A stretch of 64,000 nt of DNA from Heptranchias perlo (Eukaryota): contig NC_090351.1 in the NCBI RefSeq assembly GCF_035084215.1, positions 33,666,001-33,730,000 of the forward strand. Direction: 5' to 3'. Of this stretch, positions 50,228 to 62,139 are shown in pieces (the first letter of the stretch is position 1; each line of letters begins with the position of its first letter). The notes under the pieces were generated by a model. It was not told where the DNA came from and searched no databases. It worked only from the letters and a program-made list of their open reading frames with translations. Position numbers and translations under genes: made by a program.

Positions 50228-51236
50228 CTTTTTTTTAATTCATTCATGGGATGTGGGCGTCGCTGGCGAGGCCAGCATTTATTGCCCATCCCTAATTGCC
50301 CTCGAGAAGGTGGTGGTGAGCCGCCTTCTTGAACCGCTGCAGTCCGTGTGGTGACGGTTCTCCCACAGTGCTGTTAGGAAGGGAGTTCCAGGATTTTGAC
50401 CCAGCGACAATGAAGGAACGGCGATATATTTCCAAGTCGGGATGGTGTGTGACTTGGAGGGGAACGTGCAGGTGGTGTTGTTCCCATGCGCCTGCTGCTC
50501 TTGTCCTTCTAGGTGGTAGAGGTCGCGGGTTTGGGAGGTGCTGTCGAAGAAGCCTTGGCGAGTTGCTGCAGTGCATCCTGTGGATGATGCACACTGCAGC
50601 CACAGTGCGCCGGTGGTGAAGGGAGTGAATGTTTAGGGTGGTGGATGGGGTGCCAATCAAGCGGGCTGCTTTATCTTGGATGGTGTCGAGCTTCTTGAGT
50701 GTTGTTGGAGCTGCACTCATCCAGGCAAGTGGAGAGTATTCCATCACACTCCTGACTTGTGCCTTGTAGATGGTGGAAAGGCTTTGGGGAGTCAGAAGGT
50801 GAGTCACTCGCCGCAGAATACCCAGCCTCTGACCTGCTCTCGTAGCCACAGTATTTATATGGCTGGTCCAGTTCAGTTTCTGGTCAATGGTGACCCCCAG
50901 GATGTTGATGGTGAGGGATTCGGCGATGGTAATGCCGTTGAATGTCAAGGGGAGGTGGTTGGACTCTCTCTTGTTGGAGATGGTCATTGCCTGGCACTTA
51001 TCTGGCACGAATGTTACTTGCCACTTATGAGCCCAAGCCTGGATGTTGTCCAGGTCTTGCTGCATGCGGGCTCGGACTGCTTCATTATCTGAGGGGTTGC
51101 GAATGGAACCGAACACTGTGCAGTCATCAGCGAACATCCCCATTTCTGACCTTATGATGGAGGGAAGGTCATTGATGAAGCAGCTGAAGATGGTTGGGCC
51201 TAGGACACTGCCCTGAGGAACTCCTGCAGCAGGAGT
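50228..51236 (-). mobile_element. CR1/L2-group LINE, RT C-terminus and 3' end
   Basis: ORF 50292..51317 with GVPQGSVLGPTIFSCFINDL, MFADD and RSVMEYS; A-rich tail. Confidence 0.92.
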
Positions 51237-52093
51237 TGACTGACTGTTGTCCAGGTTCCCTACAGTATGCCCAGTGAAATGAGGTACTCTGTGATCCCAC
51301 CAGGGGGTCCAGGGCAAGGAAGTGGCCAGGACACCTCAAGAAAGGTTAGAGTTTTTTCTTTCTATTGGCCCTCTTACAATGTGGGCTGAAGTTGCGGGGG
51401 GCGGGGGGAGGTGGGAGGGGATGGTATCCTATGTGAATTCTCTGGGAGGAGGGGCCTGGGTGGACAGGTGCCAGAGTTTCCTGCTGCATGGGGCAGGTGG
51501 ACATTGGAAATGGGTCTTTAGTGGCATGGGCACCTGCTGGCCCCAAGGGAATTAGGTACCCTCCCATTGACCCCACAAAATCTGGCAGGGTCAGTGCTGA
51601 AAGGCACCAACGGGCGCGATCCTGGTGTAACTGCTGGGATCACGGCCAATAGATTTCCAGGGCCACCATATCTAGGGAAATGGTACTAGTGTTTCAAAGT
51701 AAATGGAATGGTTGTAGTCAAGGAAGGAGGATGGTGAGACAACGATAGTAAACATCTATAAACCAAACACTTAACGCAGAAAGTGAACAACACAATGGTG
51801 TCTGTATATTTTATACACCACAAGAATTTCCAGACCATGAGGTGATATTTTTATTCATCCAAAGCCTAACCTCCTGTCAAACACCACAAAATAATTCATC
51901 ACACCATCTCACCAACTGAACACATGACTCACGTACAACAAAACCCACAGAGCAGAAGGTCAGTGCACGGCTGGTTTTGTTTCTTCTTAGTTTAAATATA
52001 TCTCACATTTTTAATAGATTTGTTCCACTCATTGAAACACAATTGTAAACAATTTTACAACACCAAGTTATAGTCCAGCAATTTTATTTTAAA

Positions 52094-52132
52094 TTCACAA
52101 GCTTTCGGAGGCTTCCTCCTTCGTCAGGTGAA
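52094..52132 (-). ncRNA. Minimal hammerhead ribozyme motif
   Basis: TTCAC-CTGACGA-A-GGAGG/AAG/CCTCC-GAAA-GC-TT-GTGAA. Confidence 0.72.
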
Positions 52133-52161
52133 CGATGTGAAAAATCACATCGTTCACATCG

Positions 52162-52200
52162 TTCACCTGACGAAGGAGGTAGCCTCCGAAAGCTTGTGAA
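52162..52200 (+). ncRNA. Minimal hammerhead ribozyme motif
   Basis: TTCAC-CTGACGA-A-GGAGG/TAG/CCTCC-GAAA-GC-TT-GTGAA; the only difference from the minus-strand copy is in the stem II loop. Confidence 0.72.
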
Positions 52201-53324
52201 TTTAAAATAAAATTGCTGGACTATAACTTGGTGTTGTAAAATTGTTTACAATTGTCAACCCCAGTCCATCACCGGCATCTCCACATCATTGAAACACAGG
52301 TATTTGAGGTTTTTTAATATGTACTTTGTTGACAAATATTTTATCACAGTTGAGTTTAATTCCAACTTGGCAGTTTTCATTTAAACAAATGCAAACAGCT
52401 TGATCAACAAATATATAAACATTTCAAAAATATGTTCCCATCTTGCAACAAAATAATCACCATTCAAACTACGATGACAATAAACAGTATGACTTTGACT
52501 GCTTATTATCAAGTGGAATATTTCCTCGTGTCGTAGCTAAAAGAGCCTTAGTTATTCAGAGAGGCTTAAAGAGCTGGGTCTATTTACTCCAGAGCAGCAT
52601 AGACTTAGAGGTGACCTGGTAGAGATATATAAAATAACGAAAGGTCTGGATTGCGTGTCTATTGATAGATTATTTCAGTTTGACAGATTGGGGATGACCA
52701 GGGACATGCATTTAAACTACACAAATGTAGGAATAGGCTAGATGGTTGGTGGTTCTTCATTTCCCAGAGAGCAGTGAGCCTCTGGGATGTGGTGCAGGCT
52801 GGTGAGGTGTGTGCTGACTCTCTGTGTACCTTCAAGAGGAAGCTGGACGGTTCTTGGCTAGAGCAGAGACTGAATCACACAGGAGGTAAGTGGAGTAGCA
52901 ATTAACGTATACATGATTAATGTGACCATCGAGGTTCTGCAAAGAGATTTCGAGGAGCTAAATTCTAGATGAAGGAGCAGAACCTCCAGGGTAGTAATCT
53001 CTGGAATACTCTCAGTGCCACGTGTTGGATCTGACAGGGAGAGAAAGATTAAGATTGTCGACTCATGGCTGGAAAGATGGTGTAGAAGAGAGGTTTTCAG
53101 ATTCTTGGGCTATTGGAGCCACTTTTGAAGCCAGGGAAGGCTGTACAGATGGGATGGCTATCACCTAAACCAGAGAATCACCCAGATCCTTGTGGAAAGG
53201 GTAAAGAGGGCAATGGGGAAAGATTTATAAACTGGTTGGGACCGGGTGTGGGAGGGGAAAATCCACATTGTAAGACAAAAAATGGGAGAAAAGGACCAGC
53301 AGGACATGTGAGCAGGTTGGGGAC

Positions 53325-53780
53325 AGTCCGCCGTTGCTCGTAGGTGGCATTCTCACCTCTGAGTCAGAAGGTTGTGGGTTCAAGTCCCACTCTAAAAATG
53401 TGAGACAATAATTCAGGCTGACAGGTCAATGCAGTACTGAGGGAGCGCTGCACGGTCAGAGGTGTCGTCTTTCCGGTGAGAAGTTAGACCGAGGCCCTGA
53501 CTGCCCTCTAAGGTGGAGGTAAAAGATCTCATGACACTATTCGATGAAGAGCAGAGGAGTTTCCCCGGAGTCTTGGCCAATATGTATCCCTCAATATTCA
53601 TCACTAAAAACAGATTATTTGGTCACTATCTCATTGGCGTTTGTGGGACCTTGCTGTGCGCAAATTGGCTGCCGTGTTTCCGACATTACAACGGTGACTA
53701 CAACTCAAAAGTACATCATTGGCTGTAAAACACTTTGGGACTTGCTGAGGTTGTGAAAGGCACTATTTAAAAGCAAGTCT
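53325..53780 (+). mobile_element. Near full-length Deu-domain SINE
   Basis: tRNA-like head with GGTTCAAGTCC B-box, Deu core and L2-like tail. Confidence 0.85.
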
Positions 53781-54489
53781 TTTTTTCATTATGTTGTCCA
53801 TTTTTCTTTGTCTCCTTTGTTCCATTTATGCACTACATTTAGCACAGAAGGGCTGACTTTGTGAGCTGTGCGCTATATATGCTGGTTAAGTGTTTAGTCT
53901 GATGTTCGACAAGCGGTTCAGCAGCATGATTGCAGATACTTTCTGACCGGCTCATCAATTCTGCATCTGTTAGAATGCCTTTGTTGATCACAAAAATTAC
54001 ACTGAGCAAAATACTTCATTCCTGCTTGTGTGTTAGAAGGCACAAAAGTAATATCTAAATGCTAGTAAAATGTGTTACACAGTCTAATCCTGTTAATTTG
54101 TAGTTGTTTTCTGCACTAAAAAATTGGAATTATCCAGTAATATAGCATATCCCTTTGTACCAAAGGTATTAAGGGATATGGGCCAAAGGCAGGTATATGG
54201 AGTTAGATCACAGATCACCCATGATCTTATCAAATGGCGGAGCAGGCACGATTTAAGTAAAGCAATTTAAGTAAAGCAACAGTGTAGACTATTGGTGCAC
54301 AGAAAAAAGTTAATATAATTCAAATTAAGCAACATCAAATGAACAGAAGTGGACTGTTTTATGATTGACTGGCCTGACTACGGTTGTTACCTTTTGCCAA
54401 ATCCAAAACCCAACAGAGACAAGGCAATAGGCAATAAGCATATTGGGCGTGTGATAGGAATGTGGTTTCAGGAGAACCCAACTGATGTT

Positions 54490-57430
54490 AGGAACAGGAG
54501 TAGGCCATTCAGCCCCTCGTGCCTGCTCCGCCATTTGATAAGATCATGGCTGATCTGTGATCTAACTCCATATACCTGCCTTTGGCCCATATCCATTAGC
54601 ACCTTTGGTTGCTAAAAAGCTATCTATCTCACATTTAAATTTAGCAATTGAGCTAGTATCAATTGTCGTTTGAGGAAGAGAGTTCCAAACTTCTACCACC
54701 CTTTATGTGTAGAAATGTTTTCTAATCTCACTCCTGAAAGTTCTGGCTCTAATTTTTAGACTGTGCCCCCTACTCCTAGAATCCCCAACCAGCGGAAATA
54801 GTGTCTCTCCATCCACCCTATCTGTTCCCCTGAATATCTTATAAACTTCGATCAAATCACCCCTTAACCTTCTAAACTCTAGAGAATACAACCCCAATTT
54901 GTGTAATCTCTCCTCGTAACTTAATCCTTGAATTCCGGGTATCATTCTAGTAAACCTACGCTGCACTCCCTCCAAGGCCAATATGTCCTTCCAAAGGTGC
55001 GGTGCCCAGAACTGCTCACAGTGCTCCAGGTGCGGTCGAACCAGGGTTTTGTATAGCTGCAGCATAACTTCTGCCCCCTTGTACTTCAGTCCTCTAGATA
55101 TAAAGGCCAGCATTCCATTTGCCTTATTGATTATTTTCTGCACCTGTTCATGACACTTCAATGATCTATGTACCTGAACCCCCAAGTCCCTTTGGACATC
55201 CACTGTTTTTAACTTTTTACCATTTAGAAAGTACCCTGTTCTATCCTTTTTTGATCCAAAGTGGATGACCTCACATTTGCCTACATTGAATTCCATTTGC
55301 CACAGTTTTGCCCATTCACCGAATCTATCAATATCGCTTTGTAATTTTATGTTTTCATCTACACTGCTTACAATGCCACCAATCTTTGTGTCATCAGCAA
55401 ACTTAGATTTGAGACTTTCTATGCCTTCATCTAAGTCGTTAATAAATATTGTGAATAATTGAGGCCCCAAAACAGATCCCTGTGGGACTCCACTAGTCAC
55501 ATCCTGCCAATGTGAATACTTACCCATTATCCCTACTCTCTGTCGCCTTTCACTCAGCCAACTTCCTAACCAAGTCAGTACTTTTCCCTCGATTCCATGG
55601 GCTTCTATCTTAGCTAACAGTCTCTTATGTGGGACCTTATCAAATGCCTTCTGGAAGTCCATATAAATAACATCCATTGACATTCCCCTTTCCACTACTT
55701 TAGTCACCTCTTCAAAAAATTCAATCAGGTTTGTCAGGCACGACCTACCTTTCACAAATCCATGCTGGCTCTCTCTGATTAACTGAAAATTCTCGAGGTG
55801 TTCAGTCACCCTATCTTTAATTATAGACTCCAGCATTTTCCCCACAACAGATGTTAGGCTAACTGGTCTATAATTCCCTGGTTTCCCTCTCTCTTCTTTC
55901 TTAAAAAGTGGAGTGACATGTGCAATTTTCCAATCTAGAGGGACGATTCCTGAATCTAGAGAACTTTGAAAGATTATAGTTAGGGCATCTGCAATGTGCT
56001 CACCTATTTCCTTTAAAACCCTGGGATGGAAACCATCTGATCCTGGGGATTTGTCACTCTTTAGTGCTATTATTTTCTTCATTACTGTTGCTTTACTTAT
56101 GTTAATTTTATTGAGTCCCTGTCCCTGATTCAATATTAGTTTTCTTGGGATTTCCGGCATGCTATCCTCTTTTTCTACTGTAAATACTGACGCAAAGTAA
56201 TTGTTCAACATGTCTGCCATTTCCCCATTGTCAATGACAATATCCCCACTTTCAGTTTTTAAGGGGCCAACACTGCTCCTGACCACCCTCTTTTTCCTAA
56301 TATAACTATAAAAGTTCTTTGTATTGGTTTTGATATCCCTTGCAAGTTTCTTTTCATACTCTCTTTTTTTGCTCTTACTATCTGTTTTGTGACCCTTTGT
56401 TGATCTTTGTATCTTTCCCATTCGCCAGGATCTGTGCCATTTTTTGCATTTTTGTATGCCCTTTCCTTATGTCTTATACTGTCCCTTACCTCTTTAGTTG
56501 TCCATGGCTGCTTTGTGTGGCAAGTAGAGTTCTTGCCCCTTAGGGGTATAAACCGATTCTGTATCACATTAAATGTTTCTTTAAACATTTCCCACTGATC
56601 ATCAGTCGTTTTACCCATTAACAGATTTGCCCAGTTTACTGTGGACCGTCTGTCTCATCCCATTGAAGTCGGCCTTACCCAAGACTAGAATCTTAGAAGC
56701 TGATTCACTTTTTTCCCTTTCAAACACTTCATTGAACTCGATCATGTTATGATCGCTATTGGATAGATGTTCGCACACAGTTAAGCTGTTAACTAAATCT
56801 GGTTCATTACTCATTACTAAATCTAGTATGGCTTGCCCCCTTGTTGCCTCCAGGGCATACCGCTGTAGAAAACTATCCCGGACACACTCAAGAAATTCAC
56901 TACCTTTCTGACAGTTGCTAGTCTGCTTTTCCCAATCTATGTGAAGGTTAAAGTCCCCAATTAAGACCACTATGCCTTTGTTACACGCTTGTCTAATCTC
57001 TGCATTTATACAATCTAGCACTTCAGAGCTGCTGCCAGGGGTCCTATACACAACTCCCACTATAGTCTTAGATCCTTTCCTGTTTCTCAATTCAACCCAT
57101 AAGGTCTCTGTTGGCTGCTTACCTCTCGTTATATCCTCCTTTATCATTGAAGTGATTTCATCTCTAATCAATAAGACTACTCCTCCCCCTCTTCCATTCT
57201 CCCTTTCTCTCCTGTAGACCTTATAACCCGGTACATTTAGTTCCCAATCCTGACCATCCTGCAGCCATGTCTCAGTAATAGCTATCATGTGATACCCTCC
57301 AATTTGAATTTGAACCTGTAGTTCATTTAATTTATTCCTTATACTCCGTGCATTTGTATATAGAACTCTTAGTTGGGCCACACATCCTAGCCTGACCTTC
57401 AGCTTTGATGCTGGGTTAATCGCCTTACGC
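54490..57430 (-). mobile_element. Young CR1 LINE, near-complete ORF2 (EN+RT) with frameshifts
   Basis: ORFs 56611..57381 (YTNARS, AITETWL, GDFN, SDH), 56259..56618 and 54703..56421 (KFADD); possible TSD CCAAC(T)GATGTT at 54478-89 and 57430-40. Confidence 0.96.
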
Positions 57431-57449
57431 CAACGATGTTGTATAGCTG

Positions 57450-58030
57450 TCAGAATGATACCAGGGATGAAGGACTTCAGTTATGTGGAGAGACTAGAGA
57501 AGTTCTAGTTCTTATTAGAGCAGAGGTTTTTGATGAAGTAAATAAGGAGAAACTGTTTCCACTGGCAGGAGGGTCAGTAACCAGAGGACACAGATTTAAG
57601 TTAATTGGCAAAAGAACCAGAGGGGAAATGAGAATTCTTTTTGCGCAGCAAGTTGTTATGATCTGGAATGCACTGCCTGAAAGGGTGGTGGAAGCAGATT
57701 CAATAGTAACTTTCAAAAGGTAATTGGATAAATACTTGAAAAGGAAACATTTGCAGGGCTGTGGGGAAAGAGCGGGGGAGTGAGACTAATTGATAGATTT
57801 TTGTTTGGCAAGGGTATTAAGGGTTACGGAACCAAGGTGGGTAGATGGATTTAAGATACAGGTCAGCCATGATCTAATTGAATGGCGGAACAGGCTCGAG
57901 GGGCTAAATGGCCTACTCCTGTTCCTATGTTCCTATGTATTCCTATTTTCCTATAACTGTTTCAAAGAGCCAACATCGGCATGATTGGCTGAATGGCCTC
58001 CTTCTGTGCTGTATGATTCTATGATCCTAT
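57450..58030 (+). mobile_element. Nested CR1 3' fragments
   Basis: KLFPLAGGSVTRGHRFK; two separate tails (TTCCTATG and TTCTATGA). Confidence 0.85.
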
Positions 58031-59480
58031 GACACACATTGTAGGCAGGTAGATAGATATGTGTTACTGGCAGCAGTAAGATGAACACATGCACATTCCT
58101 GTAGGCATCTGTAGACTTAAACCATTAACCTAATGATGGTACTGACTGAGGTCACGTGCATCTCCCAAGAATTGAGCACATAAACTAAGCTAAGGCTTCA
58201 GTGCAGTAGTGAGAGAGTGCTGTATTATTGGGGGTGCTGTGTCATTTGGATCAGACCTAGTTGTGCCATAAGGGACTCTCTTGTCCAGCTTCAGCGTGCT
58301 GGAGGATTGCATTAAGAGACCCTTGATGCAGGAAGTCGTGGAGCTCATGGTGTCCAGAGGTCTGCTCTCAAGCTGATCACTGGACATGGCCGAGGGTGCA
58401 GGAGCATGGCTGGAGTAGGCATGGGTGAAGCTGCTGTCTCTTGGGGTGATACCACATCCAATTCCCACTCAAATGCCAGTAGATGCGGCAGAAAGCAGGC
58501 ACGATCGCAGCCACCACAGCAGCGGATGTGGTGGAGGCAACTGTACAGTCATTTGAGGAACCAGCACAAAATGTTCAGGGCCAGTAAAACGCAGCAACCA
58601 GCCACCACTTGTATCTATTTATTGGGAGGAAACACTTGGGTGAAGGAGAAAGCAAATGCAGAGATGTACACCATCCACTTTCAATAGTGAGAAGTATTGG
58701 GACAAGAAAAACTGAACTTGCATATATTTATACAACAAATGGAAAATAAGTTGTTTGCACTTTATATTTGAACTTTGCTTGGATCATTTTTTTTTTGCTT
58801 GTGTTGAGTAAGGTAGGAGCATAGCAAGGAGAGGCAGCCACGGTGGCTGAGGTAACGCAGAGGACAGTGATGGTGATGGGGGTTTTGGTCATGTACACGT
58901 GTACGGCAGGGTTCTTTAAGGGGGCAGTCCAGGCACTTAGCTGAATGTTTCTTGCACAAGCACCTGACATGCTATTCGTGACTGAAAAAATGTTTTAGGG
59001 ACCACATGCTCCCCTTCAAGATGCCAGTGGTATGTTGTGTTGTTATTCTAGTAGCTGCATGGGTGTAGTTATATCTACACTCTTCTGACAATAGTCACAT
59101 AAGAACGTTATTGCCCATATCTGAAGACGATTAGCCTTGGTCACCGAGGGGCCATTCCTGAAGACTGAGTTTGCTTTCATATGCTGGTACAGAGCATTCT
59201 CTTTCTATTTGCATATGCCCACGGCATTATTCCATGGGTTCTGGCTGGTCACATAGTTGCCATTCATCACCACCTGAACTTTGGGAAATCCACCAATATG
59301 GTAGAATTGGACTGCGCTGTCATGCCACTGTTGTGTTTCAGTAGGAAATGTGATGAAAGTGTTGGCCCTGCTGACCAATTCAATAGTCACCTGCTTCAGT
59401 CACCTACATTGTACATTGGCGTATGTTGCAAATGCCCCCTATGGTATCCTGGAAGCAATAGAAGGCATGAGACTAGAATG

Positions 59481-59690
59481 ATAAGAACATAAGAACATAA
59501 GAAATAGGAGCAGGAGTAGGCCAATCGGCCCCTCGAGCCTGCTCCGCCATTCAATAAGATCATGGCTGATCTGATCCTAACCTCAAATCTAAATTCATGT
59601 CCAATTTCCTGCCCGCTCCCCGTAACCCCTAATTCCCTTTACTTCTAGGAAACTGTCTATTTCTGTTTTAAATTTATTTAATGATGTTGA
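59481..59690 (-). mobile_element. CR1 3' tail, same subfamily as 1248-2275
   Basis: Near-identical to 1250-1345 and 1450-1540. Confidence 0.85.
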
Positions 59691-60544
59691 CCTTGACTGC
59701 CACTAGCAATGCTGTCCCTGTGATTGAGGTCAGCTGCATGTCTGTACGCAGCAGAAGCAACTCCTCTGTTTCCTGCTGAAGCTGTACCTGTGAAGATAGT
59801 TCTCTGATATCATCGAGCTGTGCCTGAGTTTGTTAGTTACCATTGCTTGGATAATCTTGAGTGTGGTCAGTCCACCATTGGTAGAATTAATCTCCCTGAC
59901 ATCCCTAGCATCTGTGACCTCCTCCAACAACCTCAGTACTCTCTGTACCCCAGACTCTGGCCTCTTCTGCATCTCCCGCTCCCTTTGCTCCAACCTTGGT
60001 GGTCATGCTTCAGTCGTCCAGACCCACAATCAGGAATTCCCTCTACCTTGCCACCTCCCACTTTTTATTTAAGACACTCTTAAAACCCAACCCATTGTCC
60101 ATTTTTTTTTATGATCACCCCTCTCTGAGGTGCCTTGGGATGTTTATCTACATTAAAGGCGCTACATAAATGCTTGTTGTTCTTCTTATGTTTCAACCTC
60201 TTCTATCGAACTCCAAGAGGGGAGCACTGAATGCAGTCTCGATAACTTTCAAATAAATTGCTAAAACAATGAATGGAGCAGTCCATCTGCAAGAAAACGC
60301 TCCTTGAAAGTTCAGCATGTGTCTGTCTTTAGCCATAAGTTACTGAGCTCATGATTCATGTCATGGAACAGTTAATAAATGACACTGTTGCACAGAATTT
60401 TGGGCGAGGCACAGTAAGAACAGAAAATAATGGACTTCCTCCCTTTATTTGCATTTTTCCTGCTGACAGAACTATTTCCACCAGTTGGAAAGTCATCTCA
60501 TTATCTTCTCATTTGCCCTTTTGCAGTATAAAGATTGAACTTAG

Positions 60545-61615
60545 GCACATAAGAACAGGAGTGGGCCATGCAGCCCTTCAAGCCTCTTTCGCCATTCAAT
60601 TGGATTGTGGCTAATCTGTATCTCAACTCTATTTCCTGCCTTTGTTCCGTATCCCTTAATACCCTTACCCAACTTCAGAAAATTGCAACTTTCACTCCAT
60701 TATTTAAGAAGGGGGGTGGGGGGGAAGAGAAAAATCAGGTAACTACAGACCTGTGAGTTTAACATCAATTGTGGGGAAGTCACTGGAATCAGGGACAGAG
60801 TGACTGAGCACTTGGACAGGTATGAGCTTCGATCCAGTTATGTGGATAGACTGAAGAAGTTGGGGTTGTTCTCCTTAGAGCAGAGAAGGTTGAGAGCAGA
60901 TTTGATAGAGGTGTTCAAAATCATGAGGGGTCTAGACAGAGTAGAAAAAGAGAAATGTTCCCATTGGCGGAAGGGTCGAGAATCAGAGGACACAGATTTA
61001 AGGTGACTGGCAAAAGAACCAAAGGCAACATGAGGAAAAACTTTTTTACGCAGCGAGTGGTTATGATCTGGAATGCACTGCCTGAAAGGATGGTGGAGGC
61101 AGATTCAATCATGGCCTTCAAAAGGGAATTGGATAAGTACTTGAAGGGCAAAAATTTGCAGGGCTATGGGGAAAGGGCAGGGTAGTGGGACCAGCTGGAT
61201 TGCTCTTGAAGAGAGCTGGCATGGGCTCGACAGGCTGAATGGCCTGCTGCTGTGCTGTAACCATTCTATGATTCCATGATTCTAATCTCTTGTGCGGAAC
61301 CTTCTGGAAGTCCATATAGACAACATCCATAGACACTCCCCTATTCTCCAATTTCAACTAGATTAGTCAGATATGACCAAACCTTCTCAAATCCATGCAG
61401 ACTCTCTTTGATCAGCTCAAACCTGTCCAAGTGCTCAGTCACTCTGTCCCTGGTTCCAGTAACTTCCCCACAATTGATGTTAAACTCACAGGTGTATAGT
61501 CACCTGGTTTCTCTCTCCATCCCTTCTAAAGTAATGGAGTGACAGTTGCAATTTTCCAACCCAGAGGCACAATTCCCAAATCGCGAGAGCTTTGGAGAAT
61601 TATGACTAATGCATC
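60545..61615. mobile_element. Mosaic of CR1 fragments in both orientations
   Basis: RT pieces at 60677-60828 (+) and 61285-61615 (-); a 3' end at 60835-61283 (+). Confidence 0.8.
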
Positions 61616-62139
61616 TCTTTATGTGTCGGGGGGAACCAGTGTCAGTATTTTCATGAAATACTCTTCGAAGTAGGGGCTCCAAATATGAGTCATTTTACTG
61701 TTTTGGAAACAGCTTGGAAATATCTGAGCCTGACATCTCACTACCCTTACTGATTTGAGCACCTTCTCCAAAATGATGGATGCATCATTTAGTTCAGACT
61801 ATTCAGGTAGGTCAGTGGGAGAGTGTCCAAATAGTCCTAAGCAGCACCCATAAGTGCTTTTGGTTTCTATTATTTACAGCTCAGAATAAAACCAGTTAAA
61901 CTCTGAGCCAAAATCCTCAGCGCCAGTGAAGAGCTGACCATCGCAGAGTGCAGCATAGGGATGGCCCAACTAACCCACCGTTTTCTCAGAGCGTATGTCA
62001 GTGGACACCCCGGTTCATACAGCAAGTTGAATTAGGCTCTCAATATTAGGGAGAATCCAATTCAGTCTGAGCTTCCTAATGTGTCAAGAAATATTGTCAA
62101 GTATCTGATTCGCTTTTTGGACAGATTCCAATATTTGAA

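Larger units (their letters stand above)
52029..52298. mobile_element. Penelope-derived palindrome (about 100-bp arms) with a 13-bp flanking duplication
   Basis: About 52039-52140 is inverted against about 52155-52255; TCATTGAAACACA at 52029-41 and 52286-98. Confidence 0.85.

Noticed and set aside
53837-53967. Minus-strand exon-like frame containing TSIYSA
   Set aside because: It lacks the hydrophobic +3 residue of an ITIM/ITSM and has no supporting context
54388-54470. TM-like minus-strand frame PICLLPIALSLLGFGFGK ending at AG|gtaaca in phase 2, a possible partner for the ITIM exon
   Set aside because: An in-frame TGA lies just upstream, there is no convincing acceptor, and the helix is short
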